Assembly: GCF_947568905.1 (NCBI RefSeq)
Contig: NC_079164.1
Coordinates: 108,996,001-109,060,000 of the forward strand
DNA from: Ostrea edulis
Taxonomy: Eukaryota
Reading direction: 5' to 3'
DNA length: 64,000 nucleotides
Part shown: piece after piece, positions 11,221 to 24,701 of the stretch
Position numbering within the stretch: position 1 is the first letter of the stretch
How the letters are laid out: each line of letters opens with the position of its first letter
The notes under the pieces: generated by a model
What the model was told of the DNA's origin: nothing
Seen by the model: only the letters and a program-made list of their open reading frames with translations
The model's database searches: none
Program-made: the position numbers and the translations under genes

Positions 11221-13051
11221 TCTGAATAGAACATCCGGCAGAACAAATAATTACAATTTATGCTCATCATTACATTCCCAACACCAAAAGTAATAGTAGG
11301 GACCTTTTTGTTTCAGAGGATTACTGAAGGGGGGAGTACAGGGTGCTAATGTTGGCCTATTTTAGCGATATGATCCAAAATCGCCGAATAGTAATCATTA
11401 AATTTCAGGTCTTTCATGTTTATAGAATAATTTAAAAACATCACCAAATTCACAACAGTTATTACTGACATTCCCTTTTCTCTTATTTTACATGCACAAA
11501 ACTACCCTCTATAAAGTCATTCAATATGAAATACTGTATAGAAGCATGGTCTTACCTTTGTTTATTTGGCTGTGGTCTAATGCAATCTTTTTGACAAGAA
11601 GACAATGTCCTCCGCCAGAATTTTGTTTTTATACCGTGTACCTTCTATTTCCGCTAAACATTGCATTGACGCCAAGATCTGGACACTAATTTACAACTTC
11701 CAACATACAATGCAACACGGAGCCCTGAAAATCTTACACAATTTAGTCGTAAAAATGGGGGAGAACTACACGTGTTATGTGGTAAGAAAATCACGAAGAT
11801 CTGATACTTCTGGGATCCCTACTGAAGAAGACTAACAAGAGGAAACTTGCCGGTCGCCATGTTTGCAGTGCACGGTGTCCTTACAAGAGTTTGGTAAATA
11901 ACTGTTTTTACGAGAAAACAACCCTAATGAGCTAGTAGCTGGTTTAAGGTTAGCAACAATCAAAAAGAAAAACAAGAAAACAAAAAAATACGAAAATCAT
12001 TACTCATCCTAAATGCATTCTTCGTTGCATGCAAACTAATGCCATGGGCAGTTTCATAGAAGGATGTGTATTGACTATAGATTATGCATAATTAAAGATG
12101 CATACAAACCCCATCCCTAACATAGATTTATATACCCTGATTTGTGAAATTAACGCCTCAGCAGAGCCGAAAACTTGTGGGATTTGTTGAAAAACATTTT
12201 TTATTTACTGCATGTGATGGTAGAATTACATATAAAAATAAAATGCGTTCTCGGATAAAGCTGCTTAATCCTAGGTGGCAAACTGGCACCAATATCGCCA
12301 TCCCTGTATATTTATCAGGAAAATCAAAGGTGTTATCTAGATCATACAGAGAACTCAAGGCTATTTTTGTCACAGAGGACTAAAAGCTTCCCTCTCCTGA
12401 GGTGAATTATTTCTGTTCATAGAATAGAAATACATTTGATCACTAAAATTTGATAATCCATGTAAACCCCCCCCCCCTTTTTTTAACTTTCCAATTTTGT
12501 GTGTCAAAACCATTATGATATTTACAACCAGTTTCCCGCCATTTCTTGTAATTGGACGTCAGAAATAACGCAGTATATCGTGTTTATTCAGATATAATTT
12601 TAGTTCTTATTTTGATTTTTCCGAGAGCATTTGAGAATATGATTTATATTTATACCGTTCTTTTTAAAAAAAAAAAAATACGTACGTACTATCAATGTAA
12701 GTAATGTTCTCTAATGATCTCAATGTTCGCGAAAAGGAAAAATGGTATAGGTATAAAACTGTGCACTTTTACATCAAAAGGTAAACAATCGGGGGAAAGT
12801 AGAGCATACGATTTCATATTTTAGAATCACCAACAGTTTTTATTTTGAAAATATATTAGAAAAGTTATACATGAAAGTAATTTTCGGAAGACCAAATTAG
12901 ACCAATATACCTAATAAAATATTAATTAGTATTTTGGGATTGGGAATTCACTTGAGGGGACAAGATTCGCAATCTAAGATGAGACTTTGTCGAGTACGTA
13001 GACAGCAGATCTTGTTCCCGTAGAGGAATTTCCCACATTTCACACAGTATG

Positions 13052-13155
13052 CAAGGTGAAGATAACGAACAGTGATCAATCTCATAACTCCTACAAGCAA
13101 TACAAAATAGATAGTTGGGCAAACACGGACCCCTGGACACACCAGAGGTGGGATA
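13052..13155 (-). mobile_element. Short Penelope-like (Naiad) terminal fragment
   Basis: AAGGTGAAGATAACGAACAGTGATCAATCTCATAACTCC...CCAGAGGTGGGAT; similar stubs at about 14283, 16152, 30520 and 45030. Confidence 0.8.
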
Positions 13156-13302
13156 AAAAAAGTAGTATTTTCCTCATACTTTATCCACAGTATATACAGA
13201 AGCTCTGGAAAAAATTCAGAATTGTCAAAATACTCTACTGATCAATGAATACACGGTGGTTTCTCACACTGAGGATGATAGCCTACCATTTCATCTGGTC
13301 AG

Positions 13303-13436
13303 ATATTTGATACAGTGATTACATGTACATCGGGGTGGATATTTAATACAGTGATTACATGTACATCGGGGTGAATATTTGATACAGTGATTACATGTAC
13401 ATCGGGGTGGGTATTTGATACAGTGATTACATGTAC
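13303..13436. repeat. 36-bp tandem repeat, about 3.7 copies
   Basis: Unit ATATTTGATACAGTGATTACATGTACATCGGGGTGG starts at 13303, 13339, 13375 and 13411. Confidence 0.9.
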
Positions 13437-13884
13437 TTGTTACTTTCTCACATTTAGTCTAGATGTAGATGATAATCCGGCCTCTGATAAAAATCTTGGA
13501 ATTTCATTGGATGAAACCAATACTACATTATGTCTCTTACAAACCTAATATTTTAATATGCCCCTTCCACGTGGTTTACTAAACACACGTGTACTATGAC
13601 GTCACTGGAGTCAGCGCATATTATGTCGTGATAGGTGTGCGAAAACAAATGAATTCATTTTTTAATTTACAGTTTCTTGAAACACTTGTTTTAATCCCGT
13701 TGTTTATGGTTTAAATGTTGCAGCCACTCTTTCATTGTTGTGTGTTTGATAAAGTATCTCAAGAATACATACATTGCAGTCATTTATTATGACAGTTGTA
13801 CATGTACATGTACATACTTTAGAAAAGCATCAAGAATAAATAATGTCAATATGCCTTTAATTAATGTACAGGTAAAATCATCGA

Positions 13885-13915
<31 letters not shown>

Positions 13916-14539
13916 GGGTACATGTAATACGGAAATATATGGGATCATTGAAGAAGAAAAAACATATTGGGCTCGTATACAGTGAGTACATAGTATAGTC
14001 GAATTTACCTCCTGGGTTTGGCACATTTATCCGTGTCAGAAATAACGAGGACAATTTTAGAAACATGTATGCCTCAATATATGGCAATATTGAATAGGAG
14101 TAACTTTAATTTCGAATGTCTGTAACGATAGTGAAAAACAGGGCTTATTTACGAGTCAAGAGCAACCACAATACTAAGTTTGACCTCTATCAGACAAGGG
14201 TTCTGAATTTATTCTTAAACGTGAGTCAGGGATGTTTCAAACGATCGCAAAAATATGTGTTATGTTCTGATAAGATGCATCAAAAGTGAAGATAACAGTG
14301 ATCAATCTCATAACGCCTACTCAGAGTTGGGCATATTTTTGAAATGTCATTTTAAAAAATGATTGTTAGAAAGTCGATGTATACATTTTGTTACTATTAC
14401 ATATGCATTTTATCAGAATAAAGAACTAAATTACCTAACCCTTCTATACTCTAACTATTATCTATTCTGAAATAAAGTTCTTCTCTCACATGTTAAAGCA
14501 AGTCCATTGAGAAGAGACCTATTGTTCTATTTCGAACCG

Positions 14540-15013
14540 ATAACAGTGTAAATAGCTGCAACTGCGACATTTTGTACTTTTCCCGTGACCGCTTTGCCGG
14601 GTGATCGGTGACTTTGATGTAAGAAATATGAATAGCATGACGATTGGAGGTATGGAGAGAAGCATAATGAACCGTGGCATGGGTAAAGGGATGATGATGT
14701 TTATGATGCCGGGAAGGAATGATGGGATGATGAACAAAGTAGAAAAGGGTAATAGGATGATATTTGATAAATGCAGAAACTATTGGCAATGGTGGCACGA
14801 TGCTGTCTTCAACAACGGGTATAATGGAACGTGGAACGGGCGGGGACATGGAGAGAAGATGGAACAAATGGTAATGAAGTTATGATTAGTACATGGAATA
14901 CGAGAATTGTGCGAGACATGGAGGTGAAATGTAAGTACACATGTTATAATGACCTTGACACAATTGAAATGACAATGATCCTTGTATTTACAGATATGCT
15001 CAGTTCATTCTAA
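14540..15013 (+). pseudogene. Decayed Met-rich paralog of the cluster
   Basis: Met/Gly-rich frame 14601-14885 (RGMGKGMMMFMMPG) with frameshifts and stops; ends ATGGAGGTGAAAT|gtaagt like the K-ending exon of A/B1/B2, then acag|ATATGCTCAGTTCATTCTAA (YMLSSF*); upstream remnant AATATFCTFPVTALPG resembles a signal peptide. Confidence 0.55.
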
Positions 15014-15289
15014 AACAACAAGCTTTATGTAAAAGAAGGCATTCTGGATTACTTATGAAACATTTCCTTATTTGATACTATACCTGAAATACTTTTTTTC
15101 AATTCTACAACTCAACTCCAACATGCTATTCTTATAGCCACCTGTCTTTAGAAACTATTCACTCTTTTATTAATCGTATTTCATTCAATATCACAAATAA
15201 CATTATCTTTCTTTATAGACACTTAACAAGCAGTGTTTTGGTAAGTTCAATCCTTGACATTGCTGTAAAGGAGAAAACAAATGGATACT

Positions 15290-15945
15290 TAAAATGATAA
15301 CCATAAACACCACAAATAATACAACATTGAGAGTAAGGAAAACATCAGGATCAGGGGCTTAGTAGAAGTAAGCATCCCCTATTGACCGACCACACCCGAC
15401 ATGAGCCGTATATCTTGATCAGGTAAATGGAGGAATCGATATTCCAAATCAATTGGTAAAGAATTGTCTATCAAGTTGGTATGAACATATCAGACAACAC
15501 TCGACCTACACACAGGTTGTATTTGCAAATTAGATAATTATAACGACCATAGAATTTACAATATGCTGACTTTAAATTGAATTATTAAAATCCCTGTAAC
15601 ATCAATTTATTTTTCAGTAACTTGCTTTGTGTTATGAATTGATTATACGCAGAGAATACTCATATCTGCATATGATAATGTAGTATTGCTATTTAAATAT
15701 GGGTAAGTTGACGATGAAGAAGCTGAAGTCATCCCGTTTTCCATGATGTTCAGTTGTTAGTTTGCCGTTAGTGTCTATGTGCAATAAAACATCCAATATG
15801 TCACACTCTGTGGGGTGGTGTCTTTTATTTCGAGCCACTGGGATATATCAATTTGAGAGAGGAATGAAAGTGAGGATTGTTAATAGATAAAACGTCCACG
15901 ATGTTGCTAAATATCGAGATGGGGGCCACGACAGAAGAAGTGGCA
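15290..15945 (-). mobile_element. Old Penelope-like (Naiad) fragment
   Basis: Degenerate RT-thumb coding region and 3' UTR homologous to 57921-58745. Confidence 0.75.
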
Positions 15946-16569
15946 GTTTCTGTAGGCCTAATGGTGTATAATTTCATGGTCATTTATCGCCACTTTTATT
16001 TTAATTCTAAATGTATGGTGGGATTTTTGTAATCATAGTATCATTTTGAAGAGTTCATAAAAAACATAATCCACCATAGGAATTTTCAAAATTTTGATCA
16101 CTGCTTAATTTATTTCACCTAGAATTTTACATTAAAGTCTATGGGAAGATCATGAAAGGTGAAAATAACAGTGATCAATCTCATAACTCTTATAAGCAAT
16201 ACAAAATAGAGAGTTGGGCAAACATGGACCCCTGGATATACCAGAGGTGGGATCAGGATCATGCTTTATTAAAATATTTTAAAAAGAAATTATATGTTCA
16301 TACAAATCTCTTGGTGAAAAGTTACAAGTGCAAAAACGTCAGATTCTTATCATTTACCAGTCATGTAAATTTTATCTACTTCACTTTCATCATTATTTAA
16401 CAATTAACATTTAGTTTGATTTTTCATTCAAAATTGTTCACTATACTTTCGTAATACATTGGATATCTTTTAATGTAGGTATTCAATAGTATTTTAAAAA
16501 TAACATTGAAATCTGACATCCAGCCAAATGAAACTCAATCGACCGTAACGAGACATCGAAATTTAATTA

Positions 16570-17010
16570 TAAAAAGGTGAAGACAACAATGATCAATCTC
16601 ATAACTTCTACTAGAAATACGAAATTAAGAGGTTGAGCAGGTACGGACCCCTGCATATACCAAAGATGGAATCAGGTGCCTAGAAGGAATAAGCATCCCC
16701 TGTTGACCGGTCACACCCACCGAGAGCCCTCTCTCTTGATCAGGTAAACGTAGTAATCCGTAGTCAAAATCAGCAGGTAAAGAACGACTTATCAATTGGT
16801 ATGAAACAGGTCAGCCAGCATTCGACCCAATGACAGGTTGTATATCATGCAAAATGCTGACTTTAAACGATACTGTAACATAAACTTGTTTGTCAGTAGC
16901 TTGCATCGATTTAAAAACTGATTATATGCAGAACAAGCTCTTGCATATCGAATCGGTTGAGAGATATAAACACCAATGGGATATTGCTAAATAAATATGG
17001 GAAGTTGACG
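16570..17010 (-). mobile_element. Penelope-like (Naiad) 3' fragment
   Basis: Family terminus and UTR through AATATGGGAAGTTGACGAT. Confidence 0.8.
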
Positions 17011-17417
17011 ATATATTTCCTGCACGTTCTAAATATGATCGATTTCGATCTGCGTTCATCCAAAGACTAACCTTCTAATCACTTTTTGATTTAAAAGAAC
17101 TATAAAAGAGTAATCAAAGACGCACCAGACGGCAAGATAATGGGTAAATAGAAAACAATGCGTTGATGGTGCGAGATTCATTACCCCCAAAGTATCACTT
17201 TATTACTTTTCTTACGGCGTAACTACGATTCAGGGACTCACAAAGGATTGACAGATTATTAGCAGTTCTTTTTTTATATACAGATAATATGGTGTTTGCT
17301 CATACGATTTAGATTGTTAATATATTTTTTTTTCAGTGTAATATAGTTTTTCCTGTTATATCAACCACATGTTCACAGGATTGCTTTCTGTATAAAACGA
17401 CTATAACAGTTATGAAT

Positions 17418-17610
17418 ATCCCTTGCTTGTCGTAAGAGGTGACTAAATGGAGTGGTCCTTCGGATGAGACCGCAAAAACCGAGGTCCCGTGTCACGGCAG
17501 GTGTGGCACGTAAGCGCTGAGCATAGACCTACATTTTGCAGTCCTCCACCGGCAATGGTGACGTCTCCATAACAGTGCAAAATTCATAAGCGGGACGTTA
17601 AACAACATGT
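17418..17610 (+). mobile_element. SINE fragment, same family as 379-643
   Basis: CCCTTGCTTGTCGTAAGAGG...CGGATGAGACCGCAAAAACCGAGGTCCCGTGTC. Confidence 0.8.
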
Positions 17611-17826
17611 AACCAACACAAATTATGAATTTTAATGCTATTCGGTAATTACTGAACATAAAACTCATGAATTACATTTTATGAACTATATGTATGTCCA
17701 TCACAAACGCTAGCTATTAGTTGTGAAGTACGTCCTGGAGTGCCGAAAGATTAGTTGTGAAGTACGTCCTGGAGTGCCGAAAGATTAACAGTTGTCAAAT
17801 GCAGATTTGGCTTATGCAGGCTTGAT

Positions 17827-17863
<37 letters not shown>

Positions 17864-18577
17864 AGTGGATACATGGATTAATCTATAGGTTGTAAATAGT
17901 GCTAATATAAAAGAACTAAGGGACTTGTAAATTTTTCTATGATATTCAAACGTTGAAACATATTACTCTTTCTTATACCCCCCCCCCCTCTGTTTTGGGG
18001 CTTAATTGGGAATTCATGGAAATAAATTACATTCCATACAAATTCATTTTACTGATAAAAACATGAATTTAGTTTTCATGTTCATCATTCTTAACAAGGT
18101 TTCTTTGTAGCAAGTGTCGTTAAACGAAATCAGGTTTCCTTGGAAACGATCACTACATTAAATTGCAACTTTCTGAAACTGTCAAGTTCTGTCTTCTTTT
18201 CTGCGTACATTGAAAATTTAATTTCGATTTTCACAGATTTCATGATAATCTTGCAAGGGCCTTCCTTCATGTCATACATTCTTTTTATCTGAACACAGTA
18301 TAGAAATATCAGACTGTGGAGTGAATACGTGTCCAGGAAGAGATATTTTTGAATCGAACAGGTTCCTTATTTTTTAATGCAAAGTCTCTCTAAAAATATA
18401 ATACCCCCTCAGAAACATGACTGACTTAAAGAATAGTAAAACCTAAGTATCTGTAAATGGATCATTGATTTGCATTTTCAAAAACATATCACAGTTTCAT
18501 GAGATGAAATAGACCATCAGTATTAAGACAATGTTGATATCAAAACGAATACTATCAAACATTTAACTGTAGGACAA

Positions 18578-18972
18578 ACAGGTGGGATCAGGTGCTTAGG
18601 AGTAAGCATGCTTTGTCGACCGGTCACACCTGCTGTGATTCCGATACCTTGATCAGGTAAACGGAGTATCTAAAAATAAAGAACTGCCTGACAATTGGTA
18701 TGAAACAGGTCAGACAGCACTTTACCTAATAACAGGTTGTATTTGTAAAGTAAGCATTATAACGATCACATAATTTACGAAATGCTAGGTCTAAACCCCT
18801 CTAACATCAACTTGCCAGTAGCTTGCCTCGATTTAACACCTGACCATACGCAGAACATGCACTTGCGTTGAGAGACATAAACACTATATGCAACTGACAA
18901 TGGATTATTGCTTCATAAATGTAGGAAGTTGATGATGGAGAAACTGCTCATCCCGTTTTCATGAAGTTGAGA
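18578..18972 (-). mobile_element. Degenerate Penelope-like (Naiad) fragment
   Basis: GGTGGGATCAGGTGC...CAATTGGTATGAAACAGGTCAGACAGC. Confidence 0.75.
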
Positions 18973-19127
18973 TGTAAATATTGTCCCAAATAAATTTCTA
19001 TGATATGAACGCTGAAATACGTACCATACTTTTTAATCTCAGTATGATACATGATAGATGCAAAAAGTGTTACAAAATACACATACATAATGGTATGTGC
19101 GTTAATCTAATACCATATTGAATATAG

Positions 19128-19372
19128 ATTGATTGATTGATGTTTTCCGCCACACTCAGCAATTTTTCAGTTATCTGGTGGCGCCCAGTTTTTATTGGTG
19201 GAAGAGAGAACCCAGATACAATGTACCTGGGAAGAGACCACCGACCTTCCGAAAGTAAACTGGGAAACTTTTTCACTTACCGGCGCGAGCGGGATTCAAA
19301 CTCGTGCCGACAGAGGTGAGAGGCCGTGTGATTTTGAGTGCGATGCTCTAACCACTCGGCCACGGAGGCCCC
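19128..19372 (-). mobile_element. Full-length tRNA-derived SINE (V-domain-like)
   Basis: Minus strand GGGGCCTCCGTGGCCGAGTGGTTAGAGC (A box), GAGTTTGAATCCC (B box), (TCAA)n tail; TSD TATTGAATATAG (19116-19127 and 19375-19386). Confidence 0.88.
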
Positions 19373-19490
19373 ATTATTGAATATAGAGGAAAAGAATGGA
19401 ACAAATAGGATAAATGCTGTACTCAAGAAAACCACAGATACTTTGAAACATGAGGTTTCATACCATAATGAGGAAAGCTTTTCTTATAGT

Positions 19491-19668
19491 GTAAAACTTA
19501 TACAGTACCAATTTTGATGCACCAGATGCGCACTTCGACAAATAATGTCTCTTCAGTGATGCTCAACCGAAATGTTTGAAATCCGAAATAACTATGAAGT
19601 TTTAGAGCTAAATATAGCCAAAAACAGCGTGCCAAAAAAGTGGAGCCAAATTCGTCCAAGGATAAGAG
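19491..19668 (-). mobile_element. Penelope-type pseudo-LTR fragment carrying a hammerhead motif
   Basis: Reverse complement of the block at 27922-28063 and 43110-43410. Confidence 0.7.
19514..19566 (-). ncRNA. Minimal type I hammerhead ribozyme motif, A15.1-to-G variant
   Basis: UUGAGCAUCA CUGAAGA GACA-UUAUU-UGUC GAAG UGCGCAUC UGGUGCAUCAA; GAAA core changed to GAAG. Confidence 0.75.
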
Positions 19669-20494
19669 ATTGTTTTCCTCAGAAACATATTTTGTCCCGA
19701 GATTGAATAGTTGTCAGAAATGGCACAATTCTGAATTCTGCATTTTGTTTTAAATCAAAATTCTAATATGCATGAACTCTAATTGGTATGCTAATATTAT
19801 TACAAAAGATAAGAAACAAGTTTCAATATAATCTTATTTATTTTCAGTAATGTCATTTATTATCATGATCAAACAAATTACGTAATAGATCAAAATATAC
19901 AAAATTAATTGGCTGCGACAACTTAATACAAACAACTGTTTACTAATGACTAGGTTTCCAAATAAGTATATAAACATGTAAATTACACAAATTCACGATT
20001 CCAGCCAATATACATCTGAAAACACTAATGATAAAAAACACTGATAATATCAAAAAAGTAGTTATTCATCCCTTATGTAGAGGTCTTTTTAGATTAAGGT
20101 TAGCTAATTAGCTGAAATGAGGTACCCTTAATGTTACGTTTGGACACCAAGAGTTGCTTCAGTTCAAACAAATTTTCATGGTTTCCTCCAGTATCCCATA
20201 TCTTTCTCGGTCACACACTGAAATATACAGAATCGTTACACGATGCAGAATATTACACCGTATTTGTCATAAAATTATCATGAAAAAACCCTTAATTTAC
20301 TTAACAAATCATTTAATTCAAACTGGTTTCCAATTTTATATCATAACTATGTGGGTTTTGTTTTTATATTCTCTTATTTTTTATTATTATTATTTTTTGT
20401 TTTGCTTAAAAGGACAAATATCTTCAGTATAGAATGGTGTAAAGAAGTTACTAAGTCACTGTCTTAGACGGACTATTTACCCCCATTGCATATT

Positions 20495-21226
20495 ATGAAA
20501 GGTGAAGATAACGAACAGTAATCAATCTCATAACTCCTATAAGCAATTCAAATTAGATAGTTGGGCAAACACGGACCCCTGGATATACTAGAGGTGGGAT
20601 CAGGTGCCTAGGAGGAGTAAGCATCCCCTGTCGACCGGTCACACCCACCGTGAGCCCTATATCTTGATCAGGTAAACGGAGTTATCTGTAGTCGAAATAA
20701 GTGTGCCAAGAACGGACTAACAACCGGTATGAAACAAGTCAGACAGCAATTGACCCAATGATAGATTGTATTGGCAAACTAAATTGTTATAACGACCATA
20801 GAATTTGCGAAATGCTGACTTTAAACGAGACTGTTGAAACCCCTGCAATATGAACTTGTTTTTTAGTAGCATGCCTCGATTTAAAAACTGACTATACGCA
20901 GAACAAGCTCTTGCACATCGAATCAGTTGAGATATATAAACACCATATGCAGGTGATAATGGAATATTGCTACATAAATATGGGAAGTTGACGATGGAGA
21001 AGCTGAAATCATCCCGTTTGTCATACAGTTGAGTTGTTAGTTTGCCGTTAATATCTATTTTCAATAAAATATTTAATAATGGAGCTGAAGTCGATGACTC
21101 TGTGGTGTCTTTTATTTCGAATTCACAGGGATATATTGAATTGACATATAATACGTCGTCGATATATCTAAATGTCAAATTGAAGGCCACAGCAAGAGAT
21201 TTTTTCTTCTCACGTAGAAGTTTTTG
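20495..21226 (-). mobile_element. Penelope-like (Naiad) 3' fragment with RT C-terminus
   Basis: ORF 20717-21190 FNLTFRYIDDVL...LYDKRDDFSFSIVNFPYLCSNIP...FHTGC*; ORF ends right after the RT thumb with no C-terminal GIY-YIG domain. Confidence 0.9.
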
Positions 21227-22619
21227 AATTAATTCTGCTTCACATGAATATAAAAACAGGTCAGCTTTAAATGAAAAATTTACGGTATGACTATATGTTG
21301 GCCTGAATAGGTATCAAGTTTGCGTAGATTTAGAGATAGATAGAGAGGGTTTTCAGTTTTAAAATGATACTGTGTTTTGTACAGTATGTAGAAAACTATA
21401 AATGGATGCTGGTTTGCGGAGAGCCTGTAAGCTCATCAAAAAGCATGCTACAACTCAAGTTGGTATCTGAAAAATATAGGAAAAGAACATCGAAGAAATG
21501 ATTAATCTCATTAACTGGAAATCACTATCCGATGTTTTAATGAACCTCGTTCGATTTTACGTCACTTGCATGAAATCAGATCTGTTCTGAAACTGCACTG
21601 TATTTCATGAGAAAGTAATCACGATATCAAAGTAATAATAATTCTCCTAACTATAATCAGAAGGTGTAAACTGTAAAACAATCATTAGAAAAACCACTAA
21701 AAACGTTGTTTCATCAAAAGATTGGAAGGATATTTCTACTGTTATGACATGCATTGCCACAGCTAACTTGTGCGAATATTTACCCATCTTTTCTGGTTAC
21801 GTTTCACATTTAACCAAAAAAATCCATTATTTTAGAATTATTACATGATTTATAATAAATGCAAATCATTGTAATAATTGTGTAATAAAGTTAGAGTTTA
21901 TTTTAATTTTATTTCAAAACGTCTAATTCTACAGTCAGTGTTATGAAGGGTACTTTATTCAGAATATTCTTACATTGAATGATATCGAACGTTTCTAACC
22001 GCTTCTTGCCTTTTTTCCCTGAAAGCTGTCGCTATTTCCTTACTTTTTAAACTACGAATAGCAAATTCTAGCAACTTTGTTTGGTCTTTTGTATTACTTA
22101 CATCAGGAAGTAAAGTGTTCTTTAATGGTTTTGCCCTTTCCATCTTATCATTTTCACGAACTCTTATTCTTAAAACATAATTGCATGTGTCTAACAATGC
22201 AGTTGCTCTAAATATTTATTGACTGCTGCTTAGACTGCTGATAATCTGTAGAGTCTCAGAAATAAATTCGAGAGTTCTGATATATTTTACTTACATTACA
22301 AATGTGACAGGTCCCTTTTCTGCAGATACAAATGATGCATTTTGTTAAGTGCCTCAAAATCCAATACAGATGGACAAATGTGCAGACAGGACATCATTGA
22401 ATTAATTATCATAATCGTATAATAATCCACATGCTGTTTGGAGTTAATTCGTTCAAAATTCTGGATACCAATGATAACCTTCCTAAAAGTAAATTACCTC
22501 TGACGAAAGTGTCGGCTCTTTACATTGCAACATGTGTCTACAGCCAGCGGCTTAATACGTCAGAGATTGTTTTACGACGTGATGGCAAAACCAACTAACT
22601 TTTATGGGTCTTACCCAAT

Positions 22620-22620
<1 letters not shown>

Positions 22621-22681
<61 letters not shown>
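22621..22681. repeat. (CT)n microsatellite
   Basis: About 30 CT units. Confidence 0.95.
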
Positions 22682-22683
<2 letters not shown>

Positions 22684-24145
22684 TACCTCTGAGGGACCAC
22701 AATATAGGCAACTGGCTTTATACATATTAAATCTAAAATTAAAAAATCCAGAAATGTAGATGTTGACACTAGAATAAATCTTGAATAAAACATGTCCAAA
22801 CAGCGAGACGTTAATATTGCAAATTCCAATCTATGAGACACGCTAATCGTAAAACGATACATAGGAAAATTGATGACTTTGGGAAAAAAATGTAACGAAA
22901 TCTAAACAATTTCATGAAAAATACGTCTAATGTCAGTTGATGATATCCGTCTTTAAACTGTGTAACTAAACGTGGAAGTCCTAATAACAACCGGGAAATC
23001 TTAGTTGAAACATGCAGTACTGTCATGTGTCGTCCAAGCAACACCACTGTTGGAGAGAAGAAGGTGCTGCACAAGATAATCGTTTTACCTGGCTTGTAGT
23101 GTAATTGGTAGCATGTTCTAGATTTGTCCACGTGGCCATCGCATGACACTTAGGTTATGCCTGAAATGAACCATACTATGTAGCACCAGTCAAAATATTG
23201 AAATATAACCCTGGGTAGTCAAGTACCAGAATTGAATTTTTACATTCATTTTAGTTGGAGCATGCCTGAATTCAATCGTTCTCTATTTTAATTTCACGAT
23301 TTCTAAATGTTCAGGAATAATTATTACACAGTAATATGGGCATTATTTCTTTCAGGAAGGCAACGTCGGTTTTAAGTAGAACAATAAATACAATCGTAAG
23401 ATAAACGATTTTCTGGTAAAATTTTCAGTTTCCATCTTTATTTTAAAACTCAAATGTTTCTCTCTTTTTTTGCAGTAAATGTTTAAGCGATTATTCAATG
23501 CATTAGCAATTGCATTTCGGCCACATCTCAAAGTATATGCAGAAACATCGTTCATTCTTTCATGTTTTTCGTTTGAACAGAAATAGAAAACTATCTACTA
23601 GGTCTAAAAGAGAATTACCAATTACAAGAGTTCAGTAGTGTATATCTAATGTAAAATTCTTCACATATATCGTTTTATTTTTCATAGTGGTGAAGGAATT
23701 GTGAAATTAGATATTGATATTACCAATCCATATTGGGAAACTTGGTATAGATGTAAGAGACTTACTATTCGATGTAAATTCATTTTCAAAAGGTATCTTT
23801 TCCATACTCAAAGGGATACAGAGTATCAGAGTTTGTCTTATGAGCAATCTTTTTCCCCTATACAACTTTTGAAAAACAATTCTTTTATATCCTTTCTATT
23901 ACGAGCTTTCCATAAAAAAAATTCTTCGGTGTTCCTAAAACTGGTGTTCCCATAGTGTTCATTAATACACTGACGGAGCAATATATTTTAGGGTGCATCA
24001 TTGTTTTTTAAATCCCCTGGTTTCTGATTTTTCTTTGGTGTTACCCTTCAATGTAATACCAGAGTTTCTGTTATTAGGCTTTCCATTAATGAAAACATTC
24101 TGAGTTTACCATATAATGATTAAGGTACATATATATGGCTCATGT

Positions 24146-24300
24146 CCGTTGTGACCGGTCAATAGGGGATGTTTACTCCTCCTGGGCACCTGATCCAACC
24201 TCTGGTATGTCCAGGAATCAATGTTTGCCATACTCTCGGTGGTTTTGAATTTTATATGATTTAGGAGATTGATAATTGCTTGTTATCTTTACTTTTTCAT
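24146..24300 (+). mobile_element. Penelope-like (Naiad) terminal fragment
   Basis: GTGACCGGTCAATAGGGGATG...GCACCTGATCC...TTATCTTTACTTTTTCAT. Confidence 0.75.
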
Positions 24301-24701
24301 ACATCAGATGCCTTAATAGTCAAGAGCTATAATATCACCTTCAATTGAATTTGTATTTTGAGAAAATACGTGAAGTTTCTACCAACAGGGACAACGATCA
24401 AAGAGATGTGGGGAGAATTTGAGCGAGACAGTACATTTCTGTCATATGAATCCACTCATTTAATGAAATATATTGACAAAAAAAGTAGAACAAATTACAT
24501 TATTCACTTTTATCCGAGTTTCACGTAAATTTTTCTTAATTAGCAAACAACTACATTCCTGTGTCTAAAATCAATCGATTCGATCGGTATCATTTTCTAG
24601 GAGGAAATAGACAACATTTCATATAGTCCATTTGTTTGCATTACCATTGATTCCTTGAAAAATTCAGTCAGACGGCAATCAGTGATGTACATTATAGGGG
24701 A

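Noticed and set aside
20040-23160. Exon-like minus-strand segments (23160-23089 CDGHVDKSRTCYQLHYKP, 22482-22293, 21970-22197, about 20220) hinting at a Cys-rich or lectin-like pseudogene
   Set aside because: In-frame stops and inconsistent phases; no coherent model or family assignment possible without a search
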